From Bispira polyomma (Eukaryota), in assembly GCA_965649765.1 (NCBI GenBank), contig OZ287751.1:99572001-99636000 (forward strand): a stretch of 64,000 nt of DNA, in the 5' to 3' direction. Made by a program: the position numbers and the translations under genes. Numbering within the stretch: position 1 is the first letter of the stretch; the number at the start of each line of letters is the position of its first letter. Positions 50,541 through 62,784 of this stretch are shown here, in pieces. The notes under the pieces were generated by a model. That model saw nothing but the letters and a program-made list of their open reading frames with translations. It was not told the DNA's origin and did not search any database.

Positions 50541-52422
50541 AATGATTTTGTATGGCAACTACTGATTTTGTCTTTATTTTTACAGTCATTAGCCGAAGTA
50601 TTATCATTGCTCATTGGGATAAATTAACTGTATCAAAGTTTTGACACATGTTTAGGGAGAAAGAATATTTATCTCTTTATTTTCAGGGCATAGGCAAAGC
50701 ATTTTTTTATAAATGGTACTGTTTCTGTAACTTATAAATATTGGCATGACCTGACCATTTTTATTATACTGATTAAATCCTTTAGTTCCTTTGCGTCAAC
50801 TTTCACAGTACAACTTTGCATAATTTTAATCTAAATGCAGTGGATAATAATGCAAAGAGCCACTTTGTCCATTTTTAATAGACCAAAAACATTGACACAC
50901 GAACATAATACTGCAAATACAAAGACAGATTACACAATAGATAGAAAATAAACACAGATTACACAATAGATAAAATTAAATTATAGGATAGAGGAGAAAA
51001 AAAACATGCACAAATTTGTTTTTGAATACGTCTTGATCTAAGGAAATGTATGTATTTATCTATGTGTACAGCACATATGTCTAACATTTATTGAGATATT
51101 TGGGTTTTCACAAATTTTAATAGAGTAGTATTGCAGTATATAAAATATATTAAGTATAAACACTGAGTTAAGACATTCAAATTCAGTTTTTCCCAATGTA
51201 CCATTTTCAAGTGAATTGATGTTCACAAAGCTTTTCAAATCTTACAGCAACTCTCCATTTGCGAAGTGTGGCAGATGTTGGCTCCTGTATTACACTGTTG
51301 AAATATTTTTATGTATATATTTTTCTCTTTTTTGGTAAAAGATTAAAGACTTCATTACTCCAGCTTACCTAAATTAAACTTCAAAGAATGTGAAAAAAAC
51401 AAATATTTCACTGATACTTTCGCTATTACACAAATCAATTGGTTCCCATTGCATCAGTAGTAAAACATATACATAAATATTCTCAAGGCATGTATTGCTG
51501 TAATTTACATCTGATTTGGGTTGACAACATCAATAATGGAAAGCAATTTTTGTGTCTGCATGAGTCAAATGGACCACTTTAATCTTCCAGACAGACAAAC
51601 TTTTCACGCTATCAGTAAAGATTTGCCAGTGCTTCAGACTACATTAAACTTGTTGATTTTTATCTCTCTCACCCAAATCACACTGTCTTGACATTTATTG
51701 CATGCCATAAAAAAGCACATTACAGGTTTAAACATGCCCTTGCAGGTTGTATCTCTGCATCTCTAATTACCAAAATTGTGTATGAAGGAACAATTTCCCA
51801 AACTTAGAAAATAAGTGAGAAGTGTGCCACACAGTCCCTAATGTGTGTAATTTCAGGATAAGTTTGATTCAGAAAACAAACTCCCTGTATTTTTTTCTTT
51901 CTGAAAGATTGTAACATTTCTAGTCTGAATAACAAATGATGACTTCTCACTTGTGTGATATTTTCAACCAGACAAAATAATTGCTTTCTTCTGTTTGACA
52001 ACTCAGATTGCATTGACATAAACTGGGAACTTTCCCAAAGAGAGAGCTGTTATATTGGGCCGGCTTTGGTTGCCCTGCAGGTAAGAAACATTCAGTATGC
52101 TAGCAGTAGGTTCATAATAAGACAAAGTAAGTACACCACATTTATTGTGGTTTCATTGATACTACACACATATATATCGAAAATATTAATAGTTTAGTCC
52201 ATCTACTAATATACCAACTAACCAACTACTACCACCAATACCTCACAGTACCATGCACTAAAATAACCAGTAAAAATTAAAAGTTAAGAATACCTAAAAT
52301 ATATAAAGTCATCTTAACCTAATAGTTCAAAGTGTACTTAATTCAAATAGTTTGAATAGATTAGTATATATGTCTAATATTAAGTTTAACAAGAGATTAA
52401 TAAAGCATATATTGTAGATCTA

Positions 52423-52423
<1 letters not shown>

Positions 52424-52502
<79 letters not shown>
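52424..52502. repeat. (TA)n microsatellite
   Basis: Directly visible. Confidence 0.98.
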
Positions 52503-52505
<3 letters not shown>

Positions 52506-52984
52506 CAATGTTGCAAAAATCTAAATTAAACAACACAGATTAAAAAGCAGTTGTTACTAAGGTAAGAACTAGACTTGCGCTTAAAAAGGCATTGCACTCA
52601 CTTTACAATACACCAATCAGCTGATTATACACATAACACATTGGGTTCTATGAGGGAGCTTTTGTAGCAGTTTTCTTTCAGTACATTTACCTTATACTGT
52701 ATCAGTTAGGATTTATGTAGATATAGGGGTTCTGCCTTGTGGTAAACTAGTTGACACCATTTCACTATTTACTAGTGGAAGACCGGCCGGGTTTAATGAT
52801 TACACTGTATCGACAGACTGATACCCTGGACACTGCCTTAGGGTAAACAGCCTGCTATCGATGGGTTCAAAATAAAAGCACAGGACAAAATAAGCACTCT
52901 ATAACAAGTATTGCGAATTTTACATAACACTTCTCACCTCAGGAACAATGACAGTAACAAAAGAAACTTGTTATCTGTCAGTAT

Positions 52985-53321
52985 GTTTAAATACATTTAA
53001 TTACGTTAAACCATGTCATTTATTACCTTCTATCTAGGTAATTCTACTTAATCTCCCGTCAACTTGCAAGTATTCAATGCTATATGACACTGTATGACGC
53101 TTATGATGTTGTAAGTTGTCTGTGTACGTCAATGTACGTACACGTTATGTGTAGTAATGACCCACAAGAGGACGTTGCAGTTGACGTTTGCTTCACGTTT
53201 CAGTTCGTCATACTTTTACATCTCTTGCGTGTATATTATGTCAGCTTCCGCAAATCCACACACAACCTGTGAAAATAAATTTTCAAACGACTCCTAACGT
53301 GACAGCTGGTGGGACCAGGAC
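52985..53321 (+). mobile_element. Partial copy of the MITE at 62785-63444 (right half)
   Basis: TTAAACCATGTCATTTATT..TAATTCTACTTAATCT and right TIR ACGTGACAGCTGGTGGGACCAG are shared. Confidence 0.8.
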
Positions 53322-54188
53322 TGAAGCCTATACAATTAAATAGAAGCACCATTAACTAGGCTAAGTATTATAGTTCCTCTGTTATACACATATCAGTCAG
53401 AGCTAAGTTTGGGGTTATATAAAATATTCTATTGCTGATGACTGGTACTCAGTTAGTCTTGTGGTTGTGCAAGATTCAGAAACTAGGACATAAACAATGA
53501 TAGGTGGGTACAGGGTGGGTTGTTAAACAGTGTTATCCTCTGCAAACTTTTCTTGATTGATGGCTGCGGTAAGGTGGTAAATGCTTTATACTTGCCCCGG
53601 TGACTGGTGGTGATCTAATTATCCCCAGTAGCCTGGTACCACAACCAAGAGTGTTGTTCACGGACGTCACATCACCAAAAAAGATTGTAAATTGCTGTGA
53701 TTATAAATAGAAAGTTGTTTTTAAGTTCAGTATCTAAAGAAATGGTTAATTAGTACTATGAAGACCAGATACAGCTGGATAAATTTGCTAGATAAAAATA
53801 TGAATACAAAACCACAACCCAGTACAGGTAGTAGTAACCTACCCTTAAGCATTTGCTTCTTTGTATCATTATATAGATGGCACTGCAACAATGTCTATAG
53901 TCAAGTCATTTTATTGCTTACTGTATGAATTACAGAGAAGAAAGTGCTTTGCTCAAAATCATTCCATATACCCTCTAATATTCGTGTAAAGGGCCATCCT
54001 ATACTGTTTTTATTCACAGTAATGAACCACTTTTGACCAGCACTCATATGTACATCTTACACTAAGATTATATAGAAGTGTTTTTACTCACAATTTTAAA
54101 CTTGTCTACAGTAAAGTATGGATCACTATACAGTTACTGAAACAATTGTATTGTATACAAATTTATACTTAGCCCACTTGAATACCTA

Positions 54189-54365
54189 GGGGCCACAGTG
54201 GTCTATTGATTAGAAGCCCCTACTTCACGATGACTGGTGTCTCCCCAATGTGGATTTGAATCATGTTCATTCCTTCTATGTGGAAATTGATCAGGTACTT
54301 CCTATAGGTCAGTTGTTTACAGTGCTATGACACTGGTTTCACTGCTACTGGGTATATGACACAAG
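54189..54365 (+). mobile_element. Degenerate tRNA-derived Meta-like SINE
   Basis: GGGGCCACAGTGGTCTA head, degenerate B box GGATTTGAATC, core GGTCAGTTGTTTACAGTGCT. Confidence 0.7.
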
Positions 54366-55364
54366 GATCTCAAATAAGTAGTCAGCTGACCTATAATATC
54401 TGCCTCTGACAATAATCAGAAAAAACTAGTTTTTATGTGGTTGTATCTCTACACTGTTTAATAGTATTTGTTAAAAATTTTAAGATCATCATTTCCACTC
54501 ACTGTCATCTTTTGTGAGAACAAATTAGAGCAGCATTGATCATAAAATTTAACCATGGTCTGTTTGATTGTCAACAGCATTACACAAAAACTACTAAAAC
54601 TAATTTATATAAAAAGTTAGTGGATGAACAATCCCTTAAAGTTTAGAGAACCATGCTTTTATTCATCTTTTGACAGGGACACCTTGGCTGAGGTTGTGAT
54701 TTTTCCTGACTGTCCTTCCTGTTTTGTGAAACCACATTACGTTCAATGAGAAGTGATGTTTATAATTTTTACCATAGCATGTTTTAGATAGATTTATAAG
54801 TACTAATAGTTCAGTAAAAGCAAATAAACAATAATATTTTAGCATACTCTTCTAAGACATATGACTTCCTGCTTCAAAAACTCTTTTATAATAGCTTGTA
54901 ACAATTTACTTCACTTGAAGCAAAATGGTGTATCTCATAACTAGTAATTGTGATACTTTGAGAAAAAACTTAAGAACAAAAAGACAATATCTTGTCTATG
55001 GAAGATATGTGTGTGACAAAAAAAAAAATAACATGATCCAAAAAACTACTTCATGTGTCCAAAAAAAGATACATGTTAGTCCTACAGCCTATATTACATT
55101 ATTTTTTATCTTAACCAGATTGTCCAGAAGTTATGCAATGCCATGAAGGAGTTTAAGGTTTTGGCTATGCTACTCTAGGTTTTAAAACTTTATTGCATTT
55201 CCTTTAAAGCCTTTTGCACCTAATGGACTAATTCCACTTAATATAAATACAATTGATAAGCATATATCCCAGTAACACACATACAATAGCAAGATAATCC
55301 CTGATTAAGATACTTGTAACTGTAAAACAATTCACAAAAGAGTATATGACCTCTATAACAATGT

Positions 55365-55495
55365 AAGTTCGAATCCAATTCGTTCCTTCAAAGTTGGTCA
55401 GGTCAGTGGTTTACATGCTACAGCACTGGTTTCTTTCGCCATTGAATCTGCCCATCGTGATATGATATAAGATGTTGAAAGTGATGTAAAATATA
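55365..55495 (+). mobile_element. Meta-like SINE fragment inside host unit copy 4
   Basis: AGTTCGAATCC..GGTTTACATGCTACAGCACTGGTTT, similar to 1030-1060. Confidence 0.7.
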
Positions 55496-55961
55496 TTCTA
55501 TAAAACAATATGCGTAACATTTCTGAGAAAGATTAAATGAAATAACCTAACAGTTTTTACAAGACATATTCATATACCTGTTTATGTTTCAAGTTTCTGA
55601 AAAGAAAAAAAAACAACACTTAATTTAGTTTTAACATTTTAATCTTTTTGCCTGGAATGCATGAACTACTATAACAATGCTTTTAATAATTAAAGCCATT
55701 TAATCACTATCTGCACAAATATTTTGTCAAAGTTTAAAGTGACAGGTGCTTTTTGAAGGTAAATAAGGCTTTCTTAAACCAAAATCAAGGGGAAATATTA
55801 AGTTATATTAATTTGAATGTGTTATTCTTTGAAACCATTACTGTCACATTCATCGTCTGACCTTATGCCTCTTCAAGATAGGCAATACCTTTTACGCCAA
55901 AGTTATGGTTCACTATGTGGAAGCACATTTTAAACGCTTTTGCAAATAAATCTGTTATATC

Positions 55962-55992
<31 letters not shown>

Positions 55993-56404
55993 TTTTGGGG
56001 CCATTGTAACAAAGCAAAATTTTGAAATATCTGAAAATGTAGAAAGCACAATGAAGCTGTTTAATATGTGTTGACTTTAGATGGGTGTCCACTTGATCCA
56101 ATAAACATAACAACCATAATCCTGTGCCTGACAGAGATAACATATTGTGTCCACTTTTTTCTATTAGAATACTTTACCGGAGCCCTAAAACATAAATAAA
56201 ACAACTTAATACCAAATACTTCAAATATGTATTTCTGCATAAGAGGCTTTACAGTGCCCTACCAGTGAAGTTGGGGATTGATTTGGAACACAATAAAAAG
56301 AGGCAAAGTGGGGATATTAGTTTCAATGACTATATTAATCTCTAACATTTATTCATATACTGAGTAAAGGGGCCATTCTAGCACTACGAGTTTAAGTGAA
56401 TGAG

Positions 56405-56597
56405 ATATGGTGACCTTAAATTAAGGCACCGAGAAATTAAGTTAAAAATAGGGTGACCTTAAATTGTGAACAACTTAAGGTGACCATAAAATTTTGGAAA
56501 AAGTAAGGTAGCCTTAACTTTAACAATGAGGTTACCTTAAAGTGTGTAAGATCTTGAATTTAAGGTGACCTTAACTTTTTGATAAGGTTACCCTTAA
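56405..56597. repeat. Array of about 8 TTAAGGTNACCTTAA palindromes with unique spacers at the Y7 3' end
   Basis: Units at about 56407, 56421, 56450, 56475, 56504, 56528, 56560 (perfect) and 56583. Confidence 0.88.
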
Positions 56598-56739
56598 GAT
56601 TTGATAAAAAGTTGTGAATTAAGTTCAAGGTTCAAAAGTAGAGTGGTGAGGTGGTCCCAAACATTTATTATTTAGATATTTAACAGTTGTATAAAAAATA
56701 GTATAGAATAAATGTAAATAAACAACCCTAAAGCCCAAC

Positions 56740-57711
56740 TAGGTAGTAGTGGAGTGTGAAAGGAGGGTCTGGAAAGCCAAGGCCACCTGTTGGGAGTCAT
56801 TATGGTCTTTGGTTATGTATTTCTAGATGCAATCCGACGTCCAGGTGCCATGACTCTGTATCTCTTCAATAGGGACATTACTGTTGAAAGTGAGACACCA
56901 GAACGCCGGAAGGTAATATTAGAATGTTGTAGTCCCAAGCGCTGGAGTATGCTCGTTAGGTTGGCTCGAACTCGAGTGTCAGTCAGTGGTATCCCGGTAC
57001 TATTCTTCTTAAACTGGAAAAGAGGGGAGTCTCTATGGCCTGGTGTAATGGCTAGCAACGCCCTAACTGCTGAAACTGGACAGAGGGGGGGGAGGAAAGT
57101 AAGGTAGGAACTTTTAGTATCTTGGCAGCAATTTTGGACTGCAGTGTCTTAGTCCACTTTATTAAAATGGCATCACCTCTGGCCAATTGAATTATGGGAG
57201 ACAAATGTGAAGCTGCATGGGGAACCAAGTTAGAAATCCTGAGGAAAGAAAAGAATGCTATCAAATACAATGCCTTAAAAACCTGGTCCATATACATTTT
57301 ATCACAGGATTGGATGATTTGGGTAAGGAGGGGTATATCAATAATTCTTCTTATTTTGGCCCTGAAGGGGCTATTGAGCAAGAGTGATTTTTGGTAATAC
57401 CTGATTCTAGGGTCAGAGAAAGCAGAAACATTTAGGCAGAATAACGCCATCTTGGCTTTGATTGCAGAAAGGTAATTGGAAATGGAGGAAGCAGATGCGT
57501 GGTTAACCACTAGCACTTCCAAAAATGATAATAATACAAGTGGGGAAATATGGTTGGTATTTATATGTGCAAAACAGCAGTAAGCCAGGAATATTCTAAA
57601 CATGTTCAAATAGGCTTTATCAGTGGAGGGTCTGAAGGCCTGGTGAGCCCTCTGTGATGCTTCCGTGGCTATCTGTCTGTGAGAGGGCACATCTACAATT
57701 AGATAGACCAA
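56740..57711 (-). pseudogene. Y7 tyrosine recombinase (frameshifted)
   Basis: ORFs 57052-57711 (AFFSFLRISNL, KWTKT) and 56813-57058 (TFRRSG); HGTWTSDCI*KY at ~56815-56851. Confidence 0.9.
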
Positions 57712-60134
57712 TGTATTTTTAGCATACTATTACTCACTTTTACCCACTGTGGATTAGGGACTAGACTTATAAGTATTTTATTTCTATCCTCAGTCAGTGT
57801 CCATCTGGACAGCAAATCTGTCACATGATTATCTCTACCTAGAATGTGAATGATTCTTAAGCTGATGTCCACAGCAGCTATTTCCATAAAGATGTTTCTG
57901 GCTATTGCTGCCAGTGTTAAGTCTTTAGTTCTACCCGAACCCAAGATTGTTACGACTGCTGCATAATCACACTGAATTACCAGTCTTTTGCCTGCCCATA
58001 GGGACTTCCAGACCCGTACAGCTACTAATATGTTGAGCATTTCTAAATGCACAATAATAAGGTCAAGGTAGCCCAGGGAAAGGGAATACTCATATACTTG
58101 GTCATTATACCTGCCCCCGAGTCCTTCAAGACAAGCATCCAGTTGGATGCAGTCAGTGGTTGAGTCATGGTAAAAAAAATGCAGTGCCATTAAACACAGG
58201 CAGAAATTTATTGAACCAATTGATGTCTTGTCTAAATTCAGTTGTGAGTGTGATTTTTTTTGCTATTATCTACTACTCTAAGGACGTCTAACATACAGTT
58301 TATGAAGACACGTGATACTCTGACACATTTTGAAACATACAGTAATTTGCCTAGAAGTGATTGGAGATCCCGTTTTGTACAACTTGGTTTTTTCTGCCAA
58401 TCTTTAACTAGGGAGATGGTTTCTGCTAGTTTTTCTTGGGGCAGTGATACAGTAAAGTTTTCCATGTCTACCAAGACCCCTATACATGTAACTTTTGTAC
58501 CAGGATATACTAGTTTCTTTTCACTTATTGCAAAACCTAATTTTTGTAGCAAGTGGTGCAATGTATCAAATATACGTCTGCTCTCTTGGGCGTTACCGTA
58601 ACCGCTTACGTCGTCTATGTAGTTAGTGACGTCAAAACACTGTGATTTCATAATGTATCTCACGCTGTCACTGAGGCGTTTAAAAATGGCGCTCCCATGA
58701 CGAAATCCGAAGGGGAGGCAAGAATCTACATAGTATTTGTCAAATTTAGGCCTAGCAGGTGATAGTCAGCGGGGTCCATCTTTACGTGACGGAACGCCCG
58801 ACTGACGTCAATCTTCACTGGTTACCAAATTTTACTGGTTACTGTGTCAATTGTGGGAAGTGTGAGTACAAAAGGTGTGTTTAAATATCTGTCCTTTGCT
58901 ACAGCAGTATTAACTGACTCACCGTGTGAATAACTTAAGTCAATAATAACACGGTTTTGTTCTACATGGGAGAGAGGACTGACCCGCTTAAAGTCCATGG
59001 GGAAACCATATCTGACTAAGAAGGGTAGTTGGGAATCCCAATAATTATATTTTTTGAGGTATTTTTCCCAGACATCAGGTTTAAATTCTGACTTCATCTC
59101 AATTTGAGGGCCTATAAAGTTGGGACACTTAGCTGCACTAATGATAGTATGTAACTCAATTAATGTAGCCTGTGAAGTAACCCTTTTATCTGACTCAGGA
59201 ACCTCAATTTCACCTAATGGAACAAAACCGTACTTGTCTGTGGTCTGTGAATTCCATTGCTGGAATATGGGGACGTTATGGTCTTCCCTTATAGGGTCCC
59301 TGTGTTTAGGTCTGAGTTGGAGTTCTAGATCATATTTATCAGCCTCCAGTGTACTTGTTTTACCTGTGGGAGTTGTGGGTGAACCCTTACTTTTGCATTC
59401 GCTGTGGCCTTTTGTTTCTTTTCCAGTATCAAGAGGTTTTGTTTTGGGAATAATCCCATTGTCAATTACACCATAACCCACAGAAAGAGGGGAGAAGCTA
59501 TTGTATGTGGGGACAAAATCTTTGGCACCTTCTCACAGGTGTAAGATAGGAGGACGAGGCTTTGTATAATTGTGTTTTCACACCTTTTCCCCCATCCCCA
59601 TTACCGCGAGTTTTGGTTGATTTTTCCATACTGTCAGGTTTCACACCTATTCTAGGGGAAGGGACAGTGGTACGTGATTTACCCCTAGCAACCACTTTGG
59701 TTACCTGTTTGCTGACAGATCTGTCAGACTTTCCTGAAAGGTTGGCAAAACATGCATGGTTAATACTTTTTTGTAAAACAGTACTGTTTTTCATTGTTAC
59801 ATAACACATTGGAAATTTCACAGTTTGGTTAGTTTCTGAGCCGTGTATACTGGAGAACATGTGGAGTTTGTTTTGATTTACCATTTTTTAAAATGTCCAT
59901 GTAAGATTTCTTTTTGAACTGAGCCCAGTCTGTCCTACAGTGCGCACTGGCTTGAATATTAGCAAAAGTGTTATATACAATTCTACCATGAAATTGTTTT
60001 TCACTATACCTCTCAGTACAAAGTTCATTGTTCATTGTTCTATCATTGAAAACTATGTTTTCACTCCACCTGGTACTTTTGTCCGAATAATCTTGATCAC
60101 TATGACTTGATAGGGGCACTGCATGCCTTACTCG
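57699..60134 (-). pseudogene. Y7 pol (extension, RT, RNase H), disrupted
   Basis: ORFs 59829-60197, 59498-59884, 58822-59481, 58238-58663 (YIDD) and 57699-58190 (LDACLEGLGG..DLLSRW). Confidence 0.92.
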
Positions 60135-60664
60135 TTTTTTGCATTTTTTCTGCAATCCTTTGCAGGGTGGGGAAACGACCGCCCATTCAATATACAATTA
60201 CTACACACATGCAGATAAGTGGTTCCTTTAGTTTCATGATCTCCTTTTTGGGGGCAAGTACCCTTTTGGAAGAACTTACATGGAGTACCCTTGTCATGAC
60301 TTTTCCTGGAGGGGCCTTGTGTTTGGCTAGAGTTTTGGCTGGAATTAATTACCCTCTGGGCATGAGCCCGCCTAATTCTGTCGAGTTTATGGGACTCGTC
60401 CCATGACACCTTCCCCTCTTCCATTTTACAGGATAGGACTGCATGACTTTCCTTGGCCGCACTCCAGGAAAAGTCATGAGCGTCCTCCATGAGGTCCGAT
60501 AAGTACTCTAACATTAAATTCTTGGTTGCAACATTACTTTCTTCTCTAATGATGTTTGAAAAACCAGCGACCCACTGGGGCATTGTTAATGAGTCATACG
60601 AGAGTCTAGTTTTACTATGATTTGTGCCACATTTAAGGCAATCATATGTTTTTCTCAGAGCCAT
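60128..60664 (-). CDS. Y7 gag-like ORF1 with an in-frame internal deletion
   Basis: MALRKTYDCLKCGTNHSK is joined directly to TRLSYDSLTMPQW; the middle part present in Y2 and Y4 is missing; C-terminal finger intact. Confidence 0.85.
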   Translation of the reverse strand: MALRKTYDCLKCGTNHSKTRLSYDSLTMPQWVAGFSNIIREESNVATKNLMLEYLSDLMEDAHDFSWSAAKESHAVLSCKMEEGKVSWDESHKLDRIRRAHAQRVINSSQNSSQTQGPSRKSHDKGTPCKFFQKGTCPQKGDHETKGTTYLHVCSNCILNGRSFPHPAKDCRKNAKNE

Positions 60665-62784
60665 TTGTTATTCTCTGAATAATATAAGAACACTCGCGTT
60701 TTGATACCTGTGTATATACTATTGACTATTAATTTGGATGTAGAAGTGTATGAGTAGAATAGGTCTTAATATAGTAATATAATGTGAGGGGATACGTCCC
60801 TTTATCAGATTTCAGGCAAGCATATACACAAGACTCAAAGTATGAGTACAAAACACCACTGTAGTTGTGACTTCATCTATAGTGTCCAGAACGTCTGTGT
60901 GATCAATCCCAAATATAGTTAGATAGGACAACATGAATAGTTCCAGAGTCTTAACGCAAATTAAAATCACAAACAAAAAATAAAGTAAAAAATAAAAATG
61001 GCGGTGTTGCCCTTTAGACTTCAATACTAAAAGTGATATCCCCACAAAAACGGCGGGAAGACAAGGGTCAATTAGTGCAGAGTTCACCAATTAGCTTAGG
61101 GGTCAAGACCCTGGACTAAACAAATTACTGGCAGCACTGATCTAGCTAGGCCCTGTGGGTCTACCCTGCAGAGTTCGGTATTCAGAGTTCGGTATTTTTA
61201 ATTTTATCTGTGTAAACATTTTATTACTCAGTTGGTTAATGGTAATAATGGTATACTGAGTTGTATATCATTTTATGTTGGCCAACATTTCATATATTTC
61301 TGATTTTCTTTGAGATTATATAAATCAACTCGCCCTATTGAAGGTAGTGTAATTGTGGCCTCTATAACTAGTAATAAAATGATTGGCTTCCTTTGCTGTA
61401 CTCAACACCTTAAGTAACATACTGTAATTGGTAACTTGATACACCAGTTCTTATTTCATAATTAACTATGCAATTAAAAAGAACAAAGAAATACGTTTAT
61501 TCAATACATAATAATAGTTCATTACAAATTTTGAAAAAAAAAAATGATATTAAATGAAAAAGTGTAATACAAAATGTTTTTTGTAAGAAATATACATACA
61601 AGAACACCATAATAACATATTGACCTGTTGACTATTGGTCTTCGTGCTATTTGCCAGTGTCTTCCATAACAGTTAATGTAATCTTGCAAATTATGAAATT
61701 TTACTTTACTTCTCCCCTTTTCCCACCTCTATGTCTGATATTTTCTTTTCTCCAATTTTTCCCTGGGTGTTAGGATTCCCTTTACTGATGTTCATGTTTA
61801 ATGTTTTACTTCTATATATCCCCACAAATGATGACGAGACATCCTAGGTGGCACAATTCCAAGTCAATATGCACAAGAATAGTCTGATATGAGGAAAGGT
61901 TCGCGATCAGAGTTCAGTCATAACCAGTAGATGAACGTTAAGTTGAAAAAGCGAGTTAATATAGACATGTTTTTTTTTTCAAAAGAACGTAATCCTTGTC
62001 TCAGTACAAAGACTGACCGGGAGACTATTCCGCTCAGCATTGATGCAACCTTAAATTTGTTTTAACCCACTAAGCTTTCTTAGTTTCTCTTAGGTTTCTT
62101 TATTGGTACAGCTTTGTCACCATGTCTCCACATGGTGTCTGGGGTCTTTCTTCCTCTATGTGTCTGTCAATAAAAAACAAAGTGTTCCTTATTTTACACC
62201 AGGGATGCTAACACTTTTTCCCTTGGCCCCTGCATTGAATTTTAACTTGCCTTTAAACCCGATTTCGATTGCACAGAGCAATTATTTAGTTACATTTGCG
62301 TCGACTTCCACTATGTAGCTTTGCATAAGTTTAAGCTAAATGCAATGGAGCAGAATTCGAAAGTCACTTGGTCCTTTTTAATAGACAGATAACATTGACA
62401 CATCGTCCTATGATTGTTCTTTTGCAGCATATTTAAGAAAGTTCTTATTTATTTATTGTATTTATTTAAGACAGAAAAAAACAATGGATGAAAAAAAATT
62501 GAAAAAAAATAAAATTGAAAAAAAAAAGAAAAAAACATGCACAAAAATTGTCTTTATACAATACTTAAGTATATACCGTACTCTAAACAAAATGTGTTTA
62601 TGTAACCCTGTGTACAGCACTTTTATCCTTTTGTGATACATTTGAGTTTTCACAAATTTAAATAGAGTGGTAGTACCGGAGAAAAAATATATTAAGTATA
62701 CAATCTGAGTTAAAGACTTTCAAACTTAAGGTTTTGCTAATGAACCCTTCTCAAGTGATGGGAAGTTCCCTTAAACTCTCTCTA

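Larger units (their letters stand above)
56252..61195 (-). mobile_element. Y7: near full-length Ngaro-like YR retrotransposon, array type
   Basis: gag 60128-60664, pol pieces 57699-60197, YR 56740-57711, array 56405-56597, terminus GGCACTG at 56252. The 5' boundary is approximate. Confidence 0.93.

Noticed and set aside
55961-55990. Poly(A) tail of a retrocopy
   Set aside because: It lies within alignable host-unit sequence with no upstream element; probably a homopolymer expansion.
56405-56597. CRISPR array interpretation of the palindrome arrays
   Set aside because: Repeats are only 13-15 bp and degenerate, spacers are short and irregular, there are no cas genes, and the context is a eukaryotic retroelement.
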